NCBI GenBank assembly: GCA_964187785.1
Contig: OZ076409.1
Location: forward strand, 3,474,001-3,538,000
Reading direction: 5' to 3'
DNA length: 64,000 nt
DNA from: Amphiscolops sp. MND2022
Lineage: Eukaryota
Shown: piece after piece, positions 36,840 to 50,082 of the stretch
How positions within the stretch are numbered: position 1 is the first letter of the stretch
How the letters are laid out: each line of letters starts with the position of its first letter
Translations under genes and position numbers: made by a program
The notes under the pieces: generated by a model
Told to the model about the DNA's origin: nothing
What the model saw: the letters and a program-made list of their open reading frames with translations, nothing else
Databases searched by the model: none

Positions 36840-38824
36840 CTAGCCGGGGAGCGCGGGCGTAGGCCCGCGGTATTCGGCATACGTCGTCGAAGGGCATGCC
36901 TCGGCATGCCCACAGACTGTGCACGTCGCAACACTATGTGGCGTTGTACAGTATGACAGAGAGCGTGGCTGTAGGAAGTTGATTGGCCTAATAACGGCAG
37001 AAACTTGAAACGTAAAAAAGTTAAAGACTCTATTTTATATATTTTAGATATTTTTGATGTTTTTTTGGCAAAAAAATATATAAATGTGACTTTGAGTTCA
37101 TAGGTTTTTATCAAAGACTGAATGCAATCGTAAGGTGACCTGATGAAATATACTAACGGTAGTATAGAATCACCAAAAAAGGTATCGACTGTAAGATCCA
37201 ATAAACAAAAATTATTTTTGTTGATGGTTTTTTGATGTGATAGCCTTCCCAAGTTGACACAAGGCCAACTGAAAAGGCTATCACAAGATTTAGCTGACAG
37301 GTACTTGAAAAATATGCAAACCTTGTCCAGCCAGGATCGTAGAAAGAGCACATGTCACCATTGTGAATAGCATTTTCGATCATTTTGGGTGCGTAAGGTT
37401 GCGTTAGAAGTGTTTAAAGAGTTTTTAGGCACAATCATTGCGATTCTATATCAGCAAAATAGCGTATTTTTCAGTTTCGATTTTTTTTTCTGCTATGAAT
37501 GTAACACATGCGAAGGGAAATATTTCCGAAAACGAAAGAGATGAAAGTTTCTGATCAACCACATTGTTCATCTATATTGTAACCTCTGAATAAAGTAGTT
37601 GAAAGTATTTTGTCAAGTTTGTATTTCCAGATATTGGGCTAAAAATTTTGGAATATACAGTAGTATATGGGACAAAAATGTCTCATACCACCCCTTGAGC
37701 AACTCGATGCCTTCAAAAACCTCATTATAGTGCTGAAACGCACCCTACGCATTCTGTGCACATAGTGATTGACAAAAAAGAGTAAATTTTTGATGAAATC
37801 ACATTTCACAGTGATCGCTGGCTTGTGAGATCTTTACCTCAATTGAGACGTAATGCTCAAAATAACGTCTTATCGCGACTCATATGTTATTGGAGCCATT
37901 GATACCAGTGTCAATCGTTGTTTTGAGTATCATGGGCCCCATGGGTTACGTCAGAGTTAATAATTTTGCTTAAAAATCTGAATTTGATTTTTCGACCTGA
38001 CAAAAAATGGATATTTTGGTCGAAATTTTTCTAAGTTAAGTTCCGAATGACTGAAAAATGACTGAAGACCGGGTGAAAAATTTTTTTTATAACTTTACAT
38101 TTCTATAAATGGTTATTACGTTGCCAGTAGGACCGTTCGTGAGCAATAGGACTATATCCGACATGCCTCGACAAAGATATTATGTTGAAAATGACCAGTT
38201 TGTAGTTTAATACTAAGTTATGAAAACCTTGTGAAACCCTTATGACCTCGAAAAAAATTTTAAATTCACATTGGATGCAAACTGTTGGGTGTTTGGCAGC
38301 GAGTAGGTTCCGACAGAAACCATGGATACCAAGGTTTCCAATTTTAAGCAAATAATAATTTTTTTCAGAGGTGTTTTTGACATATAGTGTACTGATAGTA
38401 GTGAAAAAAAAATCAAAAATGTCGAATTTCCAAAAAATGTAAAAACTTTACATCTTTTGTGTTCAGTGCAATGCCACAGCCACGAAATGAAGGTTCTAAG
38501 CTTGTTTCACAGTCAAAGTCCAAAAATTAATGTATTTTGAGTTATCAGCGACTTTGTAAAAATTTTCCTCATTTTACCCTAATAGGTGAACGTAAAATGG
38601 GCCATAACTTTTTATAAAATGTTTTTATCGCTTAACGTCAGCAGGAACTTCGATTCGTATGGGCATTTTGGGGCCGCATGCACTCCAAGTCCGAATTCTA
38701 ACGGTTAAATTTTAAAATCGCTGATTTATGTCGCCGTTTCCTACTGGATGTTTCACACTATTTGACGTCCGGCAGGACCCAACCCGCCGGCCGAATTTTT
38801 TGAAGGGGAATTACCCCCGCCCAC
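36840..38824 (-). mobile_element. Array unit B, copy 2 (1985 bp)
   Basis: Same head and tail type as 14772-16757, with scattered substitutions. Confidence 0.85.
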
Positions 38825-40835
38825 CTAGCTGCTACCGCACTCCAGAGTGCGGGCAACGCTAAATTTGGCATACGTCGTCGAAGGGCATGCCTCGGCATGC
38901 CCACAGACGGTGGGCGTTGATGTTGGTATATGGCGTTGTTGTTGAAATCACGGGGTCATGACATAGGCTGACATGACATCATGGGTGAAGGAAGACTGAT
39001 AACGGAAGAGAAAACAAATGTGATAGTATTCAAAGGTTAGAAGTTGTTATTTATTATTTAGAAATAAAATTATTTACCAAATAATAAACAAAAATGTCTT
39101 CGAGTTCATAGGTATTTTTTCAAACTCTGCATGCTATCGTCAGCTGACATGATGGAAGATACAAACGGTAGTATACAATCACGAAAATAGGCATCGACAG
39201 CGAAATCCGATTAACAAATGGTAGTTTTGTTTATAGTTTTTGGTGGTGATAGCCTTCCCAAGTTGACACAAGGTCAACTTAAAAGGCTATCACAAGATTC
39301 AGTTTAAAGCTACATGTAAAATTTTCAAAAAATGTGCTGTGTGGATTGTAGAAAGAGTACATGTGAGGACTGTGAACGGTATTTCCAATCATATTGGGTC
39401 CATAAGGTTGCGTTAGAAGTATTTAAAGGGTATTTAGGCACAATCATCGCGTTTCTATCTTAGCAAAATAGCGTATTTTTTATCTTCTGCTTTCTCTTCT
39501 GCCATAAATGTAACCCATGCGAAGGTATTTTTTCGGAAAACAAAAAAATTGAGAGGTTCTGATCAACCACAGTGTTCATTCATATTCTAACCTTAGAATA
39601 AAGTAGTTGAAAGCATTTTGCGAAGTTAGGTTTTTGAGATAATGGGCTAAAAATTTTGGAAAATATAGTACTATATGGGAAAAAAATGTCTCATACACAC
39701 CCTTGAGCAGGCCGATTACATCAAAAACCTCATTATAGTGCTGAAACTCATCCTACGCACTCTTTGCACATAGTGATTGACAAAAATGAGTAAATTTTTG
39801 ATGAAATCACATTTCACAGTGATCGCTGGCTTGCGAGATCTTTACCTCAATTGAGACGTATTGCTCAAAATAACGTCTTATCGCGACTCATATGTTATTG
39901 GAGCCATTGATACCAGTGTCAATCGTTGTTTTGAGTATCATAGGCCCCATGGGTTACGTCAGAGTTAATAATTTTGCTTAAAAATCTTAATTTCATTTTT
40001 CGACCTGACAAAAAATGGGTATTTTGGTCGAAAATTTTCTAAGTTAAGTTCCGAATGACTGAAAAATGACTGAAGACCAGGTGAAAATATTTTTTTAAAA
40101 CTTTCTATTGCTATAAATGGTTCCTACGTTGCCAGTAGGACCGTTCTAGAACATTAAGGCTATAGCCGACAAGCCTCGATGAAAATATTGTGTTCAAAAT
40201 GACCAACTTGTAAATTAAAACTAAGTTGTAAAATCCATGTGAAACGCTTATGACCCAAAAAAAAAATTTATTTTCACATTGGATGCAAACTGTTGGGTGT
40301 TTGGCTGCGAGTAGGTTCCGACAGTAACCATGGATACCAAGGTTTCCAATTTAAAGCAAATAAAATTTTTTTCTGATGTGTTTTTGACATATGGGGTACT
40401 GATAGTAGTGAAAAAAATTTCAAAAATCTCGAATTTTCGAAAAATGTAAAAACTTTACATCTTTTGTGTTCAGTGCAATGCCACAGCCACGAAATGAAGG
40501 TTCCAAGCTTGTTTCACAGTCAAAGTCCAAAAATTATTACATTTTGAGATATTAAGTGAAAAATTAGAATTTTCCCAAAAATGTTGAAATTTTGAACAAA
40601 AAATTGGCCATAACTTTTTATAAAGTTTATAGAACGCTTAGCGTCAGCAGGAACTTCGTCTTGCATTAGGATTTGAGGGCCGCATGCAAATTTTGAGCAA
40701 ATTCTAATGGTTAGATTAAATTTTAGGTCTTTTTTTTGCAATTTCTGCTACATACCGCTAGCTTAAGGCGGATCGTCGGCCGCCAGGACCCTACCCGTCG
40801 GCCGAATACAAACGGGGTGAAATTTCCCCGCCCAC
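38825..40835 (-). mobile_element. Array unit C, copy 3 (2011 bp), variant head
   Basis: C body and tail; head variant GTGCGGGCAACGCTAAA. Confidence 0.85.
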
Positions 40836-42833
40836 CTAGCTGCTACCGCACTCCAGAGTGCGGGTAAGGCTTATTTGGCATACGTCGTCGAAGGGCATGC
40901 CTCGGCATGCCCACAGACGGTGGGCGTTGATGTTGGTATGTGGCGTTGTTATACAAATCACAGGGTCATGACATAGGCTCAGATCATGGGTGACGGAAGA
41001 CTGATAACGGAAGAGAAAACAAATGTGATAGTATTCAAAGGTTAGAAGTTGTTATTTATTATTTAGAAATAAAATTATTTACCAAATAATAAACAAAAAT
41101 GTCTTCGAGTTCATAGGTATTTTTTCAAACTCTGCATGCTATCGTCAGCTGACATGATGGAAGATACTAACGGTAGTATACAATCACGAAAATAGGCATC
41201 GACAGCAAAATCCGATTAACAAATGGTAGTTTTGTTTATAGTTTTTGGTGGTGATAGCCTTCCCAAGTTGACACAAGGTCAACTTAAAAGGCTATCACAA
41301 GATTCAGTTTAAAGCTACATGTAAAATTTTCAAAAAATGTGCAGTCTGGATTGTAGAAAGAGTACATGTGAGGACTGTGAACGGTATTTCCAATCATATT
41401 GGGTCCATAAGGTTGCGTTAGAAGTATTTAAAGGCTCAATCATCGCGTTTCTATCTTAGTAAAATAGCGTATTTTTTATCTTCTGCTTTCTCTTCTGCCA
41501 TAAATGTAACCCATGCGAAGGTATTTTTTCGGAAAACAAAAAAATTGAGAGGTTCTGATCAACCACAGTGTTCATTCATATTCTAACCTTAGAATAAAGT
41601 ATTTGAAAGCATTTTGCGAAGTTAGGTTTTTGAGATAATGGGCTAAAAATTTTGGAAAATATAGTACTATATGGGAAAAAAATGTCTCATACACACCCTT
41701 GAGCAGGCCGATTACATCAAAAACCTCATTATAGTGCTGAAACTCATCCTACGCACTCTGTGCACATAGTGATTGACAAAAATCAGTAAATTTTTGATGA
41801 AATCACATTTCACAGTGATCGCTGGCTTGCGAGATCTTTACCTCAATTGAGACGTATTGCTCAAAATAACGTCTTATCGCGACTCATATGTTATTGGAGC
41901 CATTGATACCAGTGTCAATCGTTGTTTTGAGTATCATAGGCCCCATGGGTTACGTCAGAGTTAATAATTTTGCTTGAAAATCTTAATTTCATTTTTCGAC
42001 CTGACAAAAAATGGGTATTTTGGTCGAAATTTTTCTAAGTTAAGTTCCGAATGACTGAAAAATGACTGAAGACTAGGTGAAAATATATTTTTTAAAACTT
42101 TCTATTGCTATAAATGGTTCCTACGTTGCCAGTAGGACCGTTCTAGAACATTAAGGCTATAGCCGACAAGCCTCGATGAAAATATTGTGTTCAAAATGAC
42201 CAACTTGTAAATTAAAACTAAGTTGTAAAATCCATGTGAAACGCTTATGACCCAAAAAAAATTTTTATTTTCACATTGGATGCAAACTGTTGGGTGTTTG
42301 GCTGCGAGTAGGTTCCGACAGTAACCATGGATACCAAGGTTTCCAATTTAAAGCAAATAAAAATTTTTTTCTGATGTGTTTTTGACATATGGGGTACTGA
42401 TAGTAGTGAAAAAAATTTCAAAAATCTCGAATTTTCGAAAAATGTAAAAACTTTACATCTTTTGTGTTCAGTGCAATGCCACAGCCACGAAATGAAGGTT
42501 CCAAGCTTGTTTCACAGTCAAAGTCCAAAAATTAACACCTTTCGAGATATTAAGTGAAAAATTAGAAATTTCCCAAAAATGTTGAAATTTTGAACAAAAA
42601 ATTGGCCATAACTTTTTATAAAGTTTAAAGAACGCTTAGCGTCAGCAGGAACTTCGTCTTGCAATAGGATTTGAGGGCCGCATGCAAATTTTGAGCAAAT
42701 TCTAATGGTTAGATTAAATTTTAGGTCTTTTTTTTGCAATTTCTGCTACATACCGCTAGCTTAAGGCGGATCGTCGGCCGCCAGGACCCTACCCGTCGGC
42801 CGAATACAAACGGGGTGAAATTTCCCCGCCCAC
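40836..42833 (-). mobile_element. Array unit C, copy 4 (1998 bp)
   Basis: C head, body and tail; small deletion near 41433. Confidence 0.85.
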
Positions 42834-44827
42834 CTAGCAGCTACCGCACAAGTGCGGGCGCGCATAGATTTGGCGCGCGTCGTCGAAAGGCATGCCTCGG
42901 CATGCCTACGGACTATGGGCGTTGTTTCCCTATGTGGCGTTGTAGTGACAAGACGCCGTAGGTATGTAGGCGCGCGGATTGTACCATCACCGCGAATAAC
43001 TATGGAAACAGTTGTTTAAGTATTTCAACCAACCAAGTACTAGTATGAATTTTGCGCTAATAGCAGTACATTGTGATAGTTATCGAAAACAAACGACTGA
43101 AAATGTAAAGTCGTGTGAACCGAATACACGGACGGTGGTCGAAAATTGTGGAAGTATAAGCGACCTGGTTTAACCAACTAACCGTAAGACGATCGTACCA
43201 AAAGACGTTAGGAACAAACAAACAAATCAGAATTTAGTTTATTTTAGTGATAGCCTTCTCAAGTTGACGCAGAAGGTCAACTTAGAAGGCTATCACGAGA
43301 TTCAGTTAACAGGTACTTGAAAAAAAATCAAAATCTGTCCAGCCAGGATCGTAGAAAGACTACATGTCAGCATTGTGATTGACATTTTCAATCATCTTGA
43401 GTCCTTAAGGTGGCGTTAGAAGTATTAAAAGAGTTTTAAAGCTAAACAATTGCAATTCAATCTTAGCAAAATAGCGTATTTTTTAGCGTCTACTTTTTTT
43501 TACTGCTACAGATATAAAACATGGGAAAGGATTTTTTTCTTGAAACATTAAAGTAGAGAGTTTCTGATCAACCACATGATTCATTTATATTCTAGGAATT
43601 AAATTAGATATCAGAAAGTATTTTTTAATGTTTGCTTTTCGAGATATTTAACGAAAAGGTTTTGAAAAACACTAGTATATGAGAAAAAAGTGTCTCATAC
43701 CACGCCTTGAGCAACCCGATTCCTTCAAAATCTTCATATTAGTGCTGAAACTTACCCTACGCATTCTGTCTACATAGTGATTGACAAAAAAGAGTAAATT
43801 TTTGTTCAAATCAACTTTCACTGTAATCCAAGGCTTCCGCGATGTTTACATCAATTGAACAGTATTGTTGAAAAAACGTCTTATCACGGCTCATATGTTT
43901 TTGGAGCGACTGATACCAGTCTCAATGGTGTTGTTGAGTATCATTGGCCCTACTGGTTACGTCAGAGTGCATATTTGTGCTTCAAAAGCTGAATTTCAAA
44001 TTTCGACCTGACGAAAAATGGGTTTTTGAGACGAAATTTTTCTAAGTTAAGTTCCGAATGTCTGAAAAATGTCTGAAGAACGGGTGAAAAGATTTTTTTA
44101 AAACTTTATATTTCTAGAAATGGTTATTACGTTGCCAGTAGGACCGTTCGTGAGCAATAAGACTATATCCGACATGCCTCGATGAAAATATGATGTTGTA
44201 AATGACCTATTTGTAAAACAAGACTATGTTGTGAAATCCTTGTGAAACACCTATGACCTCGAAAAAAATTTTAATTTCAGATTCGATGCTAACTGTTGAG
44301 TCTCTGGCAGCGAGTAGATACTAACAGAAACCATGGATAGCAAGGATTCTAAATTAAATAAAATAAAAAAATTTTTCTGAGGTTATTTTGACATATATGG
44401 TACTGATAGTAGTGAAAAAAATTTAAAAATGTCAAATTTTCAAAAAATTTAAAAACTCTACATCTTTTGTGTTTAGTGCATTGCCATGGTCACGAAATGA
44501 TGGTTCCGACCTTGTTTCACAGTCAACGTCCAAAAATTAATGCAATCAGAGATATTTCACAAAAATTGCCAAAATCACTATTTTTGATGAAAAACCAGAG
44601 ATAAATTTTTCAAAAAGTCATATTAGTAACATTTGGAGAGCAAAACGTCAGCAGGAAAAAGTTCTTAGATTGGGCGATAGGGTACACACAGCAATTTTCA
44701 GAGAATTTGTATGGCTCAATTTTCTAAACTCACATAATTTGGTACCTTTTCTATGGTATTTTGCCTCGGCCAGGGCCCCTACCCCGGCCTGCAATTTTTT
44801 TTTGACTACGGGAAACCTACCGCCCAC
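42834..44827 (-). mobile_element. Array unit A, copy 2 (1994 bp)
   Basis: Near-identical by eye to 12779-14771. Confidence 0.85.
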
Positions 44828-46807
44828 CTAGCTGCTACCGCGCTAATGCGTATATTTGGCATACGTCGTCGAAGGGCATGCCTCGGCATGCCCACGGACG
44901 GTGGACGTCGCAACACTATGTGGCGTTGTACTAATGACAGACAGCGTGGCTGTAAGATGTTCATGGGCCTAACAACAGTAGAAAAACGAAAAATAAAAAC
45001 GTTAAAGACTCTATATTAAATAATTTCGATCTTTTTGATGACTTTTTATAGCAAAAAATATCTAAATGTGCTTGGAGTTCATAGGTTTTTATCGAAGACT
45101 GAATGCTATCATTAGCTGACATCATGGAAGGTACCAACGTTGGACAGAATCACAAAAATAACTATCGAAAGCTATACCCTGTAAACAAAACGTACTTTTG
45201 TTTATAGTTTTTTGATGTGATAGCCTTCACAAGTTGACACAAGGCCAACTTAAAAGGCTATCACAAGATACAGTTAACAGCTACATGTGAACTAAGCAAA
45301 AAATGAGCAGCCTAGATCGCAGAAAGAGCACATGTGATCCTTGTGAACAGTATTTTCAATCATCTTGGGTCCGTAAGGTGGCGTTAGAAGTATTTAAAGA
45401 TATATTGGTTACAATACTTGTAATTCTATCTTAGCAAAATGGCGTATTTTTTAGCTTCAGCTTTTTTTAATGCTACAAATGGGACACATGCGAAGGAATA
45501 TTTATTGAAAAACATAAGAGTTGAGAGTTTCTGATCAACCACAATGTTCAATTATATTCTAAGAAGTGAATTAAGTATCGGAAAGTATTTTTTAGGTTTG
45601 CTTTGTGAGATATTGGGCGAAAAGTTATTCAAAAAAGCAGTAGTATATGGGACAAAAGTGTCTCATACCACGCCTTGAGCAAGCCGATTCCTTCAAAATC
45701 CTCATAGTAGTGCTGAAACTCACCCTAAGCATTCTGTGTACATAGTGATTGACAAAAAAGAGTAAATTTTTGTTCAAATCAACATTCACTGTGATCCAAG
45801 GGTTCCGAGATGTTTACTTCATTTGAACAGTTTTGTTAAAAATAACGTCTTATCGCGGCTCATATGTTATTGGAGCCACTGATACCAGTCTCAATGGTGT
45901 TGTTGAGTATCATTGGCCCCACTGGTTACGTCAGAGTGCATATTTGTGCTTCAAAAGCTGAATTTCAAATTTCGACCTGACGAAAAATGGGTTTTTGAGA
46001 CGAAATTTTTCTAAGTTAAGTTCCGAATGACTGAAAAATGACTGAAGACCGGGTGAAAATATTTTTTTAAAACTTTCTATTACTATAAATGGTTCCTACG
46101 TTGCCAGTGGGACCGTTCTAGAACATTAAGGCTATAGCCGACAAGCCTCGATGAAAACCTTGTGTTCAAAATGACCATTTTGTAAATTAATTCTAAGTTG
46201 AGAAATCCTTGTGAAACGCTTATGACCCAGAAAAAATTTTTATTTTAACATTGGATGCAAACTGTTGGGTGTTTGGCTGCGAGTAGGTTCCGACAGAAAC
46301 CATGGATACCAAGGTTTCCAAGTTAAAGCAAATAAAAATTATTTTCTGAGGTGTTTTTGACATATATGGTACTGATAGTAGTGAAAAAAATTTCAAAAAT
46401 CTCAAATTTTCAAAAAATGTAAAAACTTTACATCTTTTGTGTTCAGTGCAATGCCACAGCCACGAAATGAAGGTTCCAAGCTTGTTTCACAGTCAATTTC
46501 CAAAAATTATTGCATTTTGAGATATTTGCCCTTTTATGAAAAATTTCATCATTTTTACATCTAATGGGGACCAAAAATTGGCAATAACTTTTTTAATAAT
46601 GTTTTTAGGGCTTAACGTCAGCAGGAACTTCGTCTCGTATGGGCAAATTAGGGCCGCATGCAAAAAATGAGAAGAATCGTACGGTTAGATTTTAAAATCG
46701 GCTGTTGAGGGTGTGCTTTTTCTTATAAGCGTTAGCTGTTTTGGGAGTTCGCGGCAGGACCCTACCCGCCGCTCTAGTTTTTTTTGGGGTGAAATTTCCC
46801 CGCCCAC
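44828..46807 (-). mobile_element. Array unit H (1980 bp); B-related head region with D-type body and tail
   Basis: Head CTAGCTGCTACCGCGCTAATGCG; matches D from ~45380 onward. Confidence 0.8.
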
Positions 46808-48083
46808 CTAGCCGCTACCGCAAAAGTGCGGGGGCGCTTGTGTTTGGCGCGCGTCGTCGAAAGGCATGCCTCGGCATGCCTACGGACTATGGGCGTTGGT
46901 AAGGGTATGTGGCGTTGACGCTTGTTATGTATATGATGGGTATTGTCAGTACCAAACGTACAGCATACGTCAAGTCAGAAGTAAAATTCAGACAAACAAT
47001 TTGTATTCATGTGCACTAGTATAGACGGCGTCGCATAAAAACAAATATGGTCTGTAGTACCTGGACTTTGGCAAGTACATTCTCATCTCCCCCAGGAGGG
47101 AGATGGAATGTACACAACTGTTTCGTTCTCTCGGATAGATTATGCAGTATCAAAAATTTTCAAATTGGGTCAAAATACTTGAAACGTGTTGGTGAATTAC
47201 ACAGATAATAATGACAAACGCAAATGACTAACAAAGCAAGTTTTTTATTTAAAAATTATAAATTTTTTTCACTGCCAAATTTCTTAAAAATAGTTGAATT
47301 TTGATTTAAAGAAAGTAAAAAGAATTTTAAAGGCTTTCTTTGGCTAATACAAGAAATCTATTTGTTTCTGAGCATTTGTTTCCACCTGTAAGTCTCCTTA
47401 AACTCAACTTTATGTTTTTAAATTCTGATATTTTCACTCGTTAGGTTGAAAATAAGTGATTTTTCAACAATTAAAAATGGCGAAAGTTGAACTGCAGAAT
47501 AAAGTTATTTCGTTGCCAGATTCAGTTTCCCCGTATGCGAAAACCTGTATGGGAGAGCGAAAAACATCAAAAACGTGCAAAAAAAGTGTTTTAAAACATT
47601 TTTAAAAAAATTTAGTGAAACTTAGAAAAAATTCAATAAAGTGTATCAAAAAACATTGAAATAAAAAAAAAGTGTGAATTTTTGAAAAAACTAAACACTT
47701 TTGACAAAATCTGATTTTGCAAGCCGATTGATGGCTACTTGCAGACCTTATAACCTCTTATGACTCACTGCACCAAAATCAACCAATTCTGAGAAAATTG
47801 GCCAAAAAAAGCGAAAAAGTCAAATTTTTGCCTTGGACGGACAAAAAATTTTCAATTTGACCAACTTTTTGAATTTTCTGGGCAAAATGACACTAGGACA
47901 AAGTCATTTGTTTCCCAAGACGATGCTGTATGCCAATTTTCAGCCAAATCGTACGGGCCAATTTTTTAAACTCGCAGATTTTCACATTTTTCCTCCGTAA
48001 GAAATTGGTAACGGCCCGGGACCCTACCCCGGCCTAAAAAAAGTGGACTACGCTCATAAAGAAAATCCCATGCTAACGACCAC
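46808..48083 (-). mobile_element. Array unit E, copy 3 (1276 bp), more diverged
   Basis: E head and tail; many substitutions at 46980-47300 relative to copies 1 and 2. Confidence 0.85.
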
Positions 48084-50082
48084 CTAGCCGCTACCGCACT
48101 CCAGAGTGCGGGATAAGCTCATTTGGCATACGTCGTCGAAGGGCATGCCTCGGCATGCCCACAGACTATGGGCGTCGGAACGCTATGTGACGCGACGTTG
48201 TAATAAGGACATACATTGCGAGGACGTTGGGGATGGCTGGAGATGATAACGGTCGAAAAGATTGAAGTTATACTTCCTAGTGGTTTTAATTAGGTTTTTT
48301 TAATTATTTGTTTTTATTTTTTGTAAACAAAAAAAAGAGAATTGACTTCAAGTTCATACATTCTTATCAAACACTGAAAGCAATCGTTAGCTGACCTGAT
48401 GGAAGGATCTAACGATAGGATCGAATTACGAAAATAGGCATCGACAGCAAAGTCAAATTAACAAATGGTAATTTTGTTTATAGTTTTTTGTGGTGATAGC
48501 CTTCCCAAGTTGACACAAGGCCAACTTAAAAGGCTATCACAAGATTCAGTTTAAAGCTACATGTAAAACTTTCAAAAAAAGTGCAGTCTGGATTGTAGAA
48601 AGAGTTTATGTGAGGACTGTGAACGGTATTTCCAATCATATTGGATCCATAAGGTTGCGTTAGAAGTATTTAAAGGGTATTTAGGCACAATCATCGCGTT
48701 TCTATCTTAGCAAAATAGCGTATTTTTTATCTTCTGCTTTCTTTTCTGCCATAAATGTAACCCATGCGAAGGTATTATTTCAGTAAAACAAAAAAATGAG
48801 AGGTTCTGATCAACCACAGTGTTCATTCATATTCTAACCTTAGAATAAAGTAATTGAAAGCATTTTGCGAAGTTAGGTTTTTGAGATAATGGGCTAAAAA
48901 TTTTGGAAAATACAGTACTATATGGGAAAAAAATGTCTCATACACCCCCTTGAGCAGGCCGATTATTTCAAAAACCTCATTATAGTGCTGAAACTCATCC
49001 TATGCACTCTGTGTACATAGTAATTGACAAAAATATGTAAACTTTTGGTGATCTCACATTTCACTGTGATCCCAGGCTTCCGAGATGTTTACTCCGATTT
49101 AGAGGTTTTGCTCTAAATAACGTCTTATCCCGACTCATATGTTATTGGAGCCACTGGTATCAGTCCCAACGGTGTTTTTGAGTATCATTAGCCCCACTGG
49201 TTACGTCAGAGTAAAAAATTTTGCTTCAAGTGCTGAAATTCAAATTTCGACTTCACCAAAAATGGGTATTCGAGACGAAAATTTTCTAAGTTAAGTTCCG
49301 AATGACTGAAAAATGACTGAAGACCGGGTGAAAATTTTTTTTAAAACTTTCTATTACTATAAATGGTTCCTACGTTGCCAGTGGGACCGTTCTATAACAT
49401 TAAGACTATAGCCGACAAGCCTCGATGAAAATATTGTGTTCAAAATGACCAATTTGTAAATTAAAACCAAGTTGAGAAATCCTTGTGAAACACCTAAGAC
49501 CTCGAAAAAAATTTTAAATTCACACTGGATGCAAACTGTTGGGTGTTTGGCAGCGAGTAGGTTCCGACAGAAACCATGGATACCAAGGTTTCCAATTTGA
49601 AGCAAATAAAAATTTTTTTCTGATGTGTTTTTGACATATGGGGTACTGATAGTAGTGAAAAAAATTTCAAAAATCTCGAATTTTCGAAAAATGTAAAAAC
49701 TTTACATCTTTTGTGTTCAGTGCAATGCCACAGCCACGAAATGAAGGTTCCAAGCTTGTTTCACAGTCAAAGTCCAAAAATTAACACATTTTGAGATATT
49801 AAGTGAAAAATTAGAAATTTCCCAAAAATGTTGAAATTTTGAACAAAAAATTGGCCATAACTTTTTATAAAGTTTATAGAACGCTTAGCGTCAGCAGGAA
49901 CTTCGTCTTGCAATAGGATTTGAGGGCCGCATGCAAATTTTGAGCAAATTCTAATGGTTAGATTAAATTTTAGGTCTTTTTTTTGCAATTTCTGCTACAT
50001 ACCGCTAGCTTAAGGCGGATCGTCGGCCGCCAGGACCCTACCCGTCGGCCGAATACAAACGGGGTGAAATTTCCCCGCCCAC
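48084..50082 (-). mobile_element. Array unit G, copy 2 (1999 bp)
   Basis: Near-identical by eye to 30073-32071. Confidence 0.85.
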
